A stretch of 64,000 nucleotides of DNA from the NCBI GenBank assembly GCA_964016885.1, contig OZ024755.1:12276001-12340000 (forward strand), read 5' to 3'. This document shows, in pieces, positions 47,505-60,377 of the stretch. Numbering within the stretch: position 1 is the first letter of the stretch; every line of letters starts with the position of its first letter. This DNA is from Eledone cirrhosa (lineage: Eukaryota). Made by a program: the position numbers and the translations under genes. The notes below the pieces were generated by a model, which saw only the letters and a list, made by a program, of their open reading frames with translations, was not told the DNA's origin and made no database searches.

Positions 47505-47551
<47 letters not shown>

Positions 47552-48264
47552 AACTCTATGCTCAAGCTTAAACCATTTCAATGGTTGAATGACCATGAAA
47601 GTGGTTTAAGCTTTACAGTATCAAGTGCTAATTTGAATAATAATGTTACTAGTCTTTTAATAAGTAACATCTTATCCATATATGTATATATTTTTCTCCT
47701 CTCTCTCTCATACATACATCTATTGATGAGGTAAAGGTCTGACTGCGAGGCTGGTTGTTTTCAACTTGTAATATATATATTTGCAAAAGCAGGACCAGAA
47801 GCAAATCATGTCTTGGCTGAAGCCATTTTGAGAAGTTTGGGATAAAATGTATAGCCAACCCTTTTCTTATGTACATGAACCTCTGAAAGATCATGAAGAG
47901 ACTGGATGCTCGACATCTTGAAGCTATCAATCTTTATATACTTACATAATATCTCAAATATATTTCCATTACAGAGTGAAGGAAATTTTCAAATTTTGTT
48001 CAAAGGAACCTGAAACTATAAATCTTAAATGTACCCATTTCTTCATAAAAGTTTGTATGGTTAGGCAACTAAGACTGAGTTTAAAATCCTAGCATTTTCA
48101 TGTTATAAAGTTCTTTGCAGATGTAAGATGAGGATTTATAGATATGAACATATTTTTGAAAAATAATTTCCTCCCTTTTGACATATCTAAAATTATACCC
48201 CAAAGCATAAATAACTATTTCTATTTATACTAAACATGTATACATACAACGTTCAGACATTAAC

Positions 48265-48378
48265 TGAATGAGCACTCAATACATGTGAACAGAGAATAAA
48301 AATTATTTTCTGAAGACAAAGGTGGCAGTGACTTCAAAGTTTCAGCATCACCGCCACTTTCCTCTTCAAAAAATAATT
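48265..48378 (-). other. Hairpin followed by GTATTGAGTGC motif
   Basis: aattattttctgaaga..aaaggtggcagtga / tcaccgccacttt..tcttcaaaaaataatt; motif at 48272-48282 (-). Confidence 0.5.
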
Positions 48379-49950
48379 ATGTCTATTCACAATAAAAATC
48401 TTAATGCCTAAACAATGAAGCAGCTATGATTCTATGCCAATTTATTATTATTAGTATTCTTTAACAGTATTTTTAACACTGCATTTTTAACAATAGATTA
48501 AAATGTTCAAAAGTTTTCTGATTTCTGCTTCAACATTTTAGTAATTTTTTTTTTTTTTAGTTGAATACTTCTAAATATTTGCAGATTATTTAGATGTTAG
48601 GAATGATATGTGCTGAGAAGTTGATCTTTAGTTGATATCTCTATAAAATCACATTTTAATTTTGTTAAAATATTCATTGAACTAGATAGTATATTTTCAC
48701 TTCATTGTTTTAATTAAAATGTGTAAAAAGTTAACTATTATTTATATAACAAAAAATAATCAGTATCAGAATAATTAAAATGTTAATAGCATCCAAAATA
48801 AAATAGATTAAAAAGAAATGATTCCATTATCTGAGTAAATTTAATCACATATTTCATGATAGATATAACCATTTAATTTATTTGAAATATTAGACTAACT
48901 CAACTATCAGCTAATAGACAACTCCTGGTGAAGGTAAAACAACTACAGTGTTCAATAGAAAAAATGTACTGTAGAAAATTTATTGTTGTTTCCTTCATGA
49001 GGACTTGGATTCATTACTGAGAACCATTCATTATCTGGTGCTTTGGTTACTTTCTGCAATGAACTGTATCAGTACTTGTTGGTACTTTATGGATTGAGCC
49101 AGTATTAGTTAAATATTTTGTCTATGAACAAAACTCATTTCTGTTGCTAATACAGAAACCATCAAGCTTCTCTGTATAATGAAATAAAAACTTAACCCTT
49201 CCATTACCATATTTTTAATGAAAAACACTGCCTATTGTTTTCAAATAATTATGAAAATAATTAGATTGGTGTTTGAAGCATAACTTAAAGATTATGAGGG
49301 AATATTTGTTTTAGATACAAACAGTTTAAAATAATCAGATTTGTATCATAGTCCCTGGGGTGTTTCCAGGCAGTTTGATAATGAAAGGGATAAACATAAT
49401 TTACAATCATTTCTTAGTAACACTAAGACTTAAGTGCAACATATTATCATCTATTCACCAATATTATGAAGAATATTTGAAAGAAATCTTTCATCTTTGA
49501 TCTGTAAAATAATCATAAAGTATAGACATGTGATAGAAAATGAAGGATGTGCATCTGAAACATCAAAGTTTTGATTTTCAATTGAAGAAGCAGTTTCACA
49601 AAAATCATGCTTCTAAATGCTCCTTAGAAAAGCTTTGAACATCATAACTTCATATTTCTATTACGTAATACATACATTTCTGATCCATAAAATGTATGAC
49701 TATTTTGCTTTAACAATAACAGATATTCATTTCCCAGTTTATCCTCTTTCATATCTCCAAATATCTTTTTTCTATATGAAGCATTATGAAATATATGGCT
49801 CGGATGGTTTTAGGAAAGCTAATATTTATTTCTATATTTTCCTTTTTAAAATGTATATATTTCATGGCTTAGCTTTACATACAATTTATTATTTAATATT
49901 ATTTCTCAGAACTTTTCATAAAGATTATGAAATATATATCTATATATCTT

Positions 49951-50161
49951 CATCATCATCATTTTACGTCCACTTTTCCCTGCTTGCAAGGGTAGGACGG
50001 GTTCTATTCAGCACAGCATCTCTCCACTTGTCACGGTCCTTCGTCATCTCGACCGTGAGCTTCAGCGATCTGAGGTCTGCTCTCACCACCTCTGCCCATA
50101 TTTTTCGTGGACTTCCTCTACTACGTTTTCCTTCAACTGGCATTTCTTGGCACTTCTTCAC
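49951..50161 (-). mobile_element. 5'-truncated, young RTE LINE 3' end
   Basis: Open frame VEGKRSRGSPRKIWAEVVRADLRSLKLTVEMTKDRDKWRDAV then stop and (ATG)n tail. Confidence 0.88.
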
Positions 50162-50415
50162 ATATGTATATATATATAGTCTTCACATATGTATATATAT
50201 ATAGTCTTTGTAATTTTTTTGAAATATTGCATGGCTACTATGTGTAGTTCTTACACACAGGATGTTGTAATGAAACTGTACAGTTCGGAGCAGTATTTTG
50301 TACCCACACTAATCCATTTATCCACTATTTAACATATCATGCAATTTTTGTAAATTCATTGAGTGAGTGGATGGTGGCTGAGCTAGATGTAACCTAATAT
50401 ATATATATATATATA

Positions 50416-50655
50416 TATTTAATATAGAAATGGCTTCTACAGGACTAGAACTGTTTAATTTGGGAGAAATCATCAGGAAGCCGACTGTCCAAGGAATATG
50501 GTGTATAAATACCACCATATTACTTGGTGATTTCTCCCAAATTAAACAGTTCTAGTCCTGTAGAAGCCATTTCTATATTAAATATTTATACTCTGCTATG
50601 TATTGAGTACCTTACTTACTGTGGTTGCCCCCAATGGAACCCAGGATAAACTTAC
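50416..50655. mobile_element. Family C palindromic insert with HHR fold (50432-50482, -)
   Basis: Minus strand GGCTTC-CTGATGA-tttctcccaaat-TAA-ACAG ttctagtc CTGT-A-GAAGCC; inverted arm ~50528-50585; tail gtattgagtaccttacttactgtggtt shared with 31985-32011. Confidence 0.8.
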
Positions 50656-51037
50656 TATATATATATATATATATATACACATGATACAACTAATGAAGCT
50701 CTACCATCAAATTTGATAGCGATTCACAAATATATTAAAAGTTATCCATATGCATTACTTACGTGAATGAATGAGAGAAAAAGTTTATGTTGTTTAAAGC
50801 TGTGACATTGGATGGATTAAAGTGGAGGAGAGTAGATGTTTCCTTGAGTGATTTATAACTAGCAATTGGAATCCTTCTAAAAAATCATTAGGAAATTAGA
50901 GACCAATATTGTGTTAACGTTGTCTGTTTTAATGTAAACACTCTTAGCAGAGCATCTATAAGGGAAAGGAAAGTGGATTTGTTAGTAAAGTCATCATAAG
51001 AGTGAGAAAAAGAGGGACAGAAGAGGCATATATATAT

Positions 51038-51540
51038 CATCATCATCATCATCGTTTAACGTCCATCTTCCACGCTAGCATGGGTTTGGACGGGTGTTTT
51101 CCCACTTGAGGCAAGAGTGGTTGTCTTGCTCGCATAGGACTACCTGGCGTGTTTTCTACGGCTGGATGCCCTTCCTAACACCAACCACGTTTACAGTGTG
51201 GACTGGGAGGTGTTTACCGTGTTACCTACATGGCCACATTACAGTGTGGACTGTGTGTTTTTTTTGTCGTGACACCTACATGACCTCATTTGTTTCGGAC
51301 TGGATGTTGTGTTACCAACATAACTTTACATTGAAAGGGGTGGTGTGGGTGGGGTGGGGGTAGTGGGACGAGGGTGTATTTTTGTTAGAGGTGCCTACTG
51401 ACTGTAGTATGTTTCACTTTGTACTTAGGTAAGGCGGGTCTTCTGTATTACTGTGTAGCACCAAAGATCTCGGTCCAGTGACATTGTCTTGGAGAGGTGT
51501 AAGTGTGTGAGGTCGGAATTTATCAGGTCGTCCCAGGTTT
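51038..51540 (-). mobile_element. Longest copy of SINE-like family S3
   Basis: Near-identical over ~250 bp to 63060-63313 and over ~120 bp to 53030-53156. Confidence 0.8.
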
Positions 51541-51672
51541 ATATATATATATATATATTGTGTGTGTGTATATATAAGCAAAGAGATATTCAATTTGCTG
51601 GTAATTCAACAAATTTATTTATTATAACAGATTCGAAGCACTCTACAGATTTTTTTCCTGGAGTATAATATG

Positions 51673-51965
51673 AATGATATTAATAAATAGAAACTATATT
51701 TATAAAACCATATTTATTTTATTATATATATTTCAAGGATACCAAAAAAACTTTGGTACGGTCTCATCAGATAAAATACAAAATTTGTTTTATCCAAATG
51801 GAACCTAAACTGATAATGCTTGGTTTATTGGGTATGTCACTATTTATAAAACAAATTTTGTATTTTATCTGATGAGAGCGTACCAAAGTTTTTTGGTACC
51901 CTTGAAATATATATAATAAAATAAATATGGTTTTATAAATATAGTTTCCATTTATTAATATCATT
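51673..51965. mobile_element. Palindromic insert (~120-bp arms) with two intact-core HHRs (family E)
   Basis: Plus 51863-51921 TTTTAT-CTGATGA-GAGCGTACCAAA..TTTGGTACCCTT-GAAA-TATATA-TA-ATAAAA; minus copy 51717-51776. Confidence 0.8.
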
Positions 51966-52240
51966 GTATATATATATATATAAATTAATAAAAACAATGA
52001 ATAAAAACAAAGAAACAGTTCCTTATATTAAAAAATTCATCATTTTACGATCATATGATATATATGTGTGTGTTGGTATGTATATCATATAGATCTATGT
52101 AAAAATTTTACAAACTATCAGAGGGAATATACATACCTACACATATATATGCTGTCTTCAGAAATAATATATATATATATATATAAATCAAAGGTATATA
52201 AAGTATTGTAGCAAGAAGCCAACAATATTCCATAATATAT

Positions 52241-52288
<48 letters not shown>

Positions 52289-52291
<3 letters not shown>

Positions 52292-52625
52292 GATATTAAT
52301 AAATGGAAACTATATTTATAAAACCATATTTATTTCATTATACATATTTCAGGGATACCAAATTAAATTATGGTATGCCTTCATCAGACAAAATACAATA
52401 TATAACAGTTTTACAAATAAGCTTTGACGTACCCTTTTAAAATGCGACCATTATTTTTGGAAGCCATCAGGTATCCCTGAAATATGTATAATGAAATAAA
52501 TATGGTTTTATAAATATAGTTTCCATTTATTAATATCGTATATCTACTCCAAATACTTGTCGAGTGCTTTATATCAGTTATAAAAATATTTACTTGTTGT
52601 ATCCCAACAATTTTAAATAGAACTT
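52289..52625. mobile_element. Second family E palindromic insert with HHR (52333-52393, -)
   Basis: Minus strand TTTTGT-CTGATGA-AGGCATACCA..TGGTATCCCT-GAAA-TATGTA-TA-ATGAAA; ~70-bp arms 52289-52359 / 52470-52540; gtcgagtgc motif at 52559. Confidence 0.78.
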
Positions 52626-52626
52626 T

Positions 52627-52670
<44 letters not shown>

Positions 52671-52907
52671 CGTGTGTGTGTATATATATGTATCTACATA
52701 TATATATATGTGTGTGTATGTATATACTGTTATCTACCTGCCTATGGTAGAGCTAATAACATTGTTAGAACTCCATGTAGTACAGAAGGAATAATTCCGA
52801 GATCAAGCGATGAGAATTCTTATTTTTGTAGTAGGTCTTTCATCATATTGGATTCCTTTGAGCATTCAGACGAGCTACAGAGTCATGTATATGTGTGTGG
52901 GTGTGTG

Positions 52908-52950
<43 letters not shown>

Positions 52951-53275
52951 GTGTGTGTATATATGTGTATATATATGTATATATATATATTTATATATGT
53001 ATATATATATATATATGTGTATATATGTATATCATCATCATCATCATCATCGTTTAACGTCCATGTTCCACGCTTGCATGGGTTTGGACGGGAGTTTTCC
53101 CACTTGAGGCAAGAGTGGTTGTCTTGCTCGCATAGGACTGTCTGGCGGGTTTTCTAATATATATATATATATGTATATATGTATATATATATATATATAT
53201 ATGTGTATATATGTATATATATATATGTGTATATATGTATATATATATATGTGTATATATGTATATATATATATA

Positions 53276-53353
<78 letters not shown>

Positions 53354-53914
53354 TTTTTAAAAAAATCCATCTATATACTTTTACAGATACATGATGTGAA
53401 TTATTACATTGGATTATTACCAGTGCAGTTAGAATTAATAGATTTACCAGCTTTCTTCTGTTCATAATTGTGACTTCAACTTCCTCCAAAACATCTGTAG
53501 TTATTTCTTTATAACTAAATTATGTTTTTAACATTCAATTCTCATTATTTTTTATTACTTTATGTTATCTCATATTATTTCATTCAACTTTATTGTTTTG
53601 GCAATCTCCTTTCTTCAACTTCCTGTTGTTTTCATTTCTTGTTTTCAATGCCAGACAAAGAAAATAAATTATTCTACTTCAGTTGTATATTTTATTCTTT
53701 TCAACAACCTTTCAAGCAGTCTCAGTTTTCTTTTTCAATAAATAGAAATGAAAATTTAACTTATAATATATTAGTTTTAAAAGTAAAAAATATTTAATAA
53801 ATAAACTAAAATTATGAATAAATATTTTAGTAGTGTTCACAGACACACATATTATATATATATATATATATCATCATCATCATCATCCTCATTTTTACTT
53901 CCCCTTTTCCATGG

Positions 53915-54050
53915 GTTAGACAGCTAGATCCAGATCTCAGAGCTCAGCTGTCAGGCTCCTGACTCTTTTCCTATTACCCACTCTACTACACTAAGTATCA
54001 AGTACTCTGGTGCGTTATGGTCCATCTGGTTCATTACCACACTTGCTTTG
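53915..54050 (+). mobile_element. Family H insert
   Basis: Homologous to 33378-33563 and 36500-36620. Confidence 0.7.
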
Positions 54051-54130
<80 letters not shown>

Positions 54131-54338
54131 CGTTTCTGAATTTGTTTAGCAAGATTCTTTATCTGAAAACGTGTGTTGAAACCGATATTGTTATACTTTG
54201 GGAGGGTCATGTTGCCAATAAGAAACACACGCACCAGTTGCTTTCACTTCAATTTATTATAATAAATTTATAAATTTAGGAATTTATAAATTTCCGGTTG
54301 GTTGGTTGGATCCACAACCAGATGATTGTTTATATATT

Positions 54339-54381
54339 GTCAAAGTTCTTTCGTCACACATTCTGTGACCTCTTCAGTGAC
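54339..54381 (-). ncRNA. Minimal type I hammerhead ribozyme
   Basis: GTCA-CTGAAGA-G-GTCACA gaatg TGTGAC-GAAA-GAAC-TT-TGAC: intact core, 6-bp stem II, stem I GTCA/TGAC; in TA-flanked insert 54128-54448. Confidence 0.72.
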
Positions 54382-54705
54382 TGGGGATTCTTTTCTTTGT
54401 TTTTGTGCCTCTCCTTTGTTCTGTCCTACACCATCTTGTTTTTGTGTGTATATATATATAACTTATGTCAATCACAATTTTTTCCTTTTGCTCTATGAAA
54501 TATAATTATTGTGATTTACAGAAATAAGATTGAGGATATCTAATGACTTCCATAAATGGTCACAACAGTTGCTAGTTTCCTTATCAATATTTCTTGTGAA
54601 ACAAATGAGTTGGAAAAATTAGTGATACACTATATTTTCAGTTCAAATCTGCTAATATTGATTTTGCTTTTCATCACCCTGGGCTTTGCATTATAAATGT
54701 ACCAG

Positions 54706-54894
54706 GGCGGTGAATTGGCAGTATCGGTAGAGCGTCAGACACCATGCTTTACAGCATAGAGTTATGGCCCTTTGCGTTCTGAGTTCAAATCCCACAAAGG
54801 TTAACTTTGCCTTTCATCCTTACGGGGTCAATAAAATAAAGTACCTGTAATGCACTGAGATAATTGCTTGCCTTGTGCCAAAAGTAGAAGCAAA
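54706..54894 (+). mobile_element. SINE family S1 with 14-bp TSD, nested in an older S1 copy
   Basis: TSD tataaatgtaccag at 54692-54705 and 54895-54908. Confidence 0.85.
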
Positions 54895-55037
54895 TATAAA
54901 TGTACCAGCAATACACTGGGGTTGGTTAATCAGCTGTATCACACCTCCTGCTATAATTGTTTTGCATATAAGTACAAAACTAATACTTCTTGCAAACCAG
55001 AAAATTAAACAATTAGTTTGATTATAATCAGATATAC

Positions 55038-56847
55038 ACATTCCATTTCTTAGCCATCACCATCACATTCCATTTCTTAGCAATCACATTCCATTTTTTA
55101 GCAATCACATTCCATTTCTTAGCCATCACCATCACAAGTCCATTTCTTAGCCATCACCGTAACACTTCCTTTCTTAATCACCATCCCATTCCATTTCTTA
55201 GCTAGCCATCACCATCACATTCCATTTCTTAGCCATCACCATAACACTTCCTTTCTTAGCCATCACCATCACATTCCACTTCTTAGTCATCATCATCATC
55301 ACACTCCATTTCCTTTCTAAGTCATCACCATTACCTCCCGTTTTTTAGTTATCACCATCACACTCTATTTCTTAGTCATCACCATCACATTTCATTTCTT
55401 AACCATAAACATCATACTCCATTTTTTAGTCATCCCCACCATACTCTATTTCTTAGCCCTCACCACCATTCTTCATTTTCTTGTCATCATATTTACACAC
55501 CATTCCCTTTCTTAGCCATCACCAATACAATCCATTTCATCATCATCACCATCACACTCCATTTCTTAATCATAACTATTGCTTTCTATTTCTTAGTCAT
55601 CAGCATCTCACTTCATCATCACCATCACAATCCATTTCTTAGCCATCACTACCACACTCTATTTCTTAGTTATCATCACATTCCATTTCTTAATCATCAC
55701 CATCACACTCTATTTCTTAGTCATCACCATCACATTCTATTTCTTAGTCATCACCATCACATTCTATTTCTTAATTATCACTATCACACTACAGTTCTTA
55801 GCCATCACCATCACTCTCCATTTCTTAGCCATCACCAACACATTCCATTTCTTAACTATCACCATCATGCTGCATTTCTTAACCATCACCATCACTCTCC
55901 ATTTCCTAGCCATCACCAACACATTCCATTTCTTAACTATCAACATCATACTGCATTTCTTAACCATCACCATCACTCTCCATTTCCTAGCCATCACCAA
56001 CACATTCCATTTCTTAACTATCAACATCATACTGCATTTCTTAACCATCACCATCACTCTCCATTTCCTAGCCATCACCAACGCATTACATTTCTTAACC
56101 ATCACCATCATGCTGCATTTCTTAACCATCACCATCACTCTCCATTTCCTAGCCATCACCAACGTATTACATTTCTTAACCATCACCATCATGCTGCATT
56201 TCTTAACCATCACCATCACTCCATTTCCTAGCCATCACCAACACATTCCATTTCTTAACCATCAATATCATACTGCATTTCTTAACCATCACCATCACTC
56301 TCCATTTCCTAGCCATCACCAACACATTCCATTTCTTAACCATCACCATCATGCTGCATTTCTTAACCATCACCATCACTCTCCATTTCCTAGCCATCAC
56401 CAACACATTCCATTTCTTAACCATCACCATCATGCTGCATTTCTTAACCATCACCATCACTCTCCATTTCCTAGCCATCACCAACACATTCCATTTCTTA
56501 ACTATCAACATCATACTGCATTTCTTAACCATCACCATCACTCTCCATTTCCTAGCCATCACCAACACATTCCATTTCTTAACCATCAATATCATACTGC
56601 ATTTCTTAACCATCACTATCACTCTCCATTTCCTAGCCATCACCAACACATTCCATTTCTTAACCATCACCATCATGCTGCATTTCTTAACCATCACCAT
56701 CACTCTCCATTTCCTAGCCATCACCAACACATTCCATTTCTTAACCATCACCATCATGCTGCATTTCTTAACCATCACCATCACTCTCCATTTCCTAGCC
56801 ATCACCAACACATTTCTTAACCATCAATATCATACTCCATTTCTCAT
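55038..56847. repeat. 27-bp minisatellite; the distal ~1 kb forms an 81-bp trimeric higher-order repeat
   Basis: Monomers catttcttaaccatcaccatcatgctg / catttcttaaccatcaccatcactctc / catttcctagccatcaccaacacattc repeat in order ~12 times over 55845-56810; diverged monomers upstream. Confidence 0.93.
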
Positions 56848-58539
56848 CTGAAAAAAAAACAAGAGTTCCAAACCTCAAGATATGAATTGCTGTTTCATTT
56901 TGTTTTTCTTACTTTGCTCTAATTTTCACTCCTATATTTCTAATTTGCATTCTACTGGCTTTCCCGAAACAATAATAACCACTTATCTCTCAATGCTTCA
57001 TATAAACTATATAATTAACCTTAAAAATCATGTTAATCTTCAAACTTAGAAAAACTAAAATGTTGTTGAATCTTATTGTTTAAGTATTAAAATTTGAATT
57101 AATATTAATCTAATATTAAATTTGACCAGCATTTTTAAGTTCATCAGATGAAAAATATACTTCCACTTGAATTCAATGTAACACAAAAGTTTTTGTTGCT
57201 CAAATCAGTTAATTAACTAACATACAAGATTTCATTATATCAACAACCATGGGTTCTGAACAAGGTTTCTAGACAAGAAATAAATGGTCTAAATACAATC
57301 CTTATTCATCAGCCGAATTTTTTATGAATTTGATCACTTCTCTATAAACTGTTCAATCCTCTGTAAATAATAAATATTGAACTTGTTCTGATTTCTTGCC
57401 TCTTTGAATTCCTTCAACTTCAATGTCATTATTAGCTCATTCTTCAAACAAGAGAAAAATTATCAAAATTTCCTTCTACTACATTGTTAGCTCATTCCTC
57501 AAACAAATATATCAAAAAATTCTGTTTATATAAGTAGATTGAATATTAAATCTTTGATTTTTGTGAAAATAGCTTTTCTTTTCTGTAGTGTGTATGCTAA
57601 GTCATTATATATATATATATTTTATTTTATTTTTTCTAGGTTTGGAAATTTAAATAGATATTACTGTCAAAACATACAATTCAGGCTTTATGTATTTTTT
57701 GTGTTTTGCTAAATTTAATTCTTGATATTATCATTGCCTTTATTATATCAAGTTTAGCTTAAGTTTTTTGTTTTTTTTTTTCATAGACGACATTTTACAT
57801 AATCAAAATATTCAACTATAAAATCTAAACTAGAGTAACAAATATACTACCAGTCTCTCCTAATAGTAAAATATTTTTTTTTTAATAGAGAGTTATTGTG
57901 GAGTGGCATAGTATCATAGTATCATAGAATGTATTCTTGCCTTGATCATCAACTTACAATCTCTCATTGTTTTAGTTTTACTTGAGTTCAAATATCAAAC
58001 ATTTTCTAATATTAAATAGATTTTCAAAAAATAAATAAAGGACTTTTTTTTTTCTTTTTTATAATACCCCTTAAACATTTTTAGTATTTATTAGTTTGAG
58101 TGGGGCGGGTTGAATTGGCAGAATTATTAAAGAATCAGGTGAGATGCTTTGTAGTATCTGATCTGATTTTGTACATTCTAAGTCTAAACCTTGCCTCCAG
58201 GAGCTGTGACTGATAGATAGTATCAATGGTGAAAAGATCAGTGGAAACATAATTTCCTTGGTCTTATTTTACGATCAGCTCCTTTTCTTTCTTTTTTTTT
58301 TCCTCCTTAAAATATCTAAAAATAAAGGCAACATTTTTCCAGATATAATTATAAGTTTTGTTTGATTTTTTTTTTTTTAAGAGTCATTTTTATTATTTAA
58401 GGAATGTTTTCTGTAAAGATGAGCCAATGTGATATTCAGACATTTGTCAACAAAACTTTCAAAATGGCATAGTAAAGAAAACGAAAACAGCCTTATTGAT
58501 GAAAATACAATCATGAAAGTAAATAAATATATCAAAGAC

Positions 58540-59019
58540 CAGGGCTTCTCAAACATTTTCCCCTGATAGACCCTTCGTAACCAAATTTAATTTCTATTTA
58601 CCCTCAAACAAATTAATCAAATATAAAATTCTAAAACATAACTAATTTACTAGTGTTTAATACAACTTACATAAGAGAGAAATCCTCAGTAAAATCTAGA
58701 TGCAAACACACCTTTAATGCTTGAATTATTTTTTAATAGAAATGATGAGTTTGCTAAGCACAAGATCAGGAATATTAGGTTACAGGTTTGTACACTTGAG
58801 CTGCAAATCACCACATTTTATGTTCAAAGTACTTTTCTGTTTGCTTAGTAAATAATGCACATGGCTAAACCCAGATTCCATCATATGCAAACATGGCAAA
58901 GCTAGTAAAATTCTAACTAGTAAATTCCCTCCAGTGAACCTTTAAGCTTTTAATCACCCCCTGCCAAAATTTTATTTACCTCCGCTAGGGGTCTACACAG
59001 ACCAGTTTGGGAAGCCCTA
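58540..59019. mobile_element. hAT/Charlie-type MITE
   Basis: TIRs CAGGGCTTCTCAAAC / GTTTGGGAAGCCCTA; degenerate 8-bp TSD tcaaagac / tcatagat. Confidence 0.7.
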
Positions 59020-60377
59020 TCATAGATAAACCCTTCACTAGTTTCCTTCTATATATTCACATGATGGCATAGCTGAATTAAGAATTACTTATAGTCTTTC
59101 CTAACAAGGAACTTCTCAAATGGTGCTAACAAATATCCATTAGAGTGAATGCAACAATAGATAATTACTTCACTAAGCACAGAAATCCTTTTCTTCACAA
59201 TATAAAAAGACATTACATATTTTTATTACTATCATTTCTGGAAGGGGATTACACTCTATGGTACCTATCTTTTGGATGTTCTTTTCTTGCCTAGTGGTAG
59301 TTTTTAAAACATCATTTAAACTAAGAATAAATGACTGATACAAGGGCAAATCTTCAGAGGATCCAAAAATATTTTTTACATTTGCCATTATTCAAGCTGC
59401 ATGCACATATAATAAAATTTGTATTGGAATTTAATGTTATTTTCCGAAACTCTGATGTTTATATTTCCTCAATCAAGTCATTAGTTCTGGTAAGTTGAGT
59501 TTTTGGTCTTAAAACTGCACTAATCTTAATTTAGAGTATATTTCACCATTTCAGATCTCAATTTGAGTAAATGTTGAAGAATTTGATCTGCCCTATGTCA
59601 CAATTACGTTTAAGGATCTTGTTCAGTATGAAATAAAAATAATAAATTCTGAAAGAAGAAAAAAATCAACAAAAACAAAAAACAAATTGATATTTGCGTG
59701 TAAGAAACTTTGTAATTAATAAAAATAAATTCCTAAATCATTTTTCTTTATCATTTTTCTGAGACAATGAAGGCTTTTGTTATCTTGAATAGCATCCTTT
59801 TTAAAGTTTGTAATTGTTTAATTACTGTAAAATTAATATGCTTTTTAATATTGTATTGGATTAAGAAGCCAGATTTAATCATTTAAAAAAAAAAAGAAAT
59901 TATGATTTTATTGCTAGTGTTTTTTCTCTTAGCTTTTTAACTTTGCCTAAACTATTTCATTGTGTTTTTTCTCTTGGTTGTAGATTTTTTTTTAAATGTA
60001 AATGAAACATGTGGTCTGCTTTCAGCCAATCCAGTCCCATTTATCCCGGTGAATAGCTTTTGCTATGTGCCAAAACCATATGACATTACTCAAACATTTT
60101 CATTAAAGATATTCTTCTTAAATTTTCTTCAAGAATTTTTTATTTATCTAAATATATTTTACTTCTGCATTCACAATCAAAAATATAAGAAAAAAAAATT
60201 ATTTTCAACTATGAAAAATTCTAGGACAAAATAATGTAAGATGACATTTTCTTTGTATCAGTTTAATTAAAAGATAGATTAAGTGTGGGTACATGTTTGT
60301 GTATGTGTGTTTTCAGATATGTGTGTGACTGTGCTTATGTATGCATAGATATGTTGGGGGGGGGGGGTATGTATGCA

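Noticed and set aside
49540-49570. HHR-like ATGAAGGATGTGCATCTGAAACATC; similar weak matches at 62485-62525, 57140 and 57303
   Set aside because: Core incomplete or stems unsupported; compatible with chance or heavy decay.
55764-56851. His-rich or Met/Val/Lys-rich repeat proteins; CRISPR-like periodicity
   Set aside because: 27-bp tandem repeat open on both strands; no unique spacers, no cas genes, eukaryotic context.
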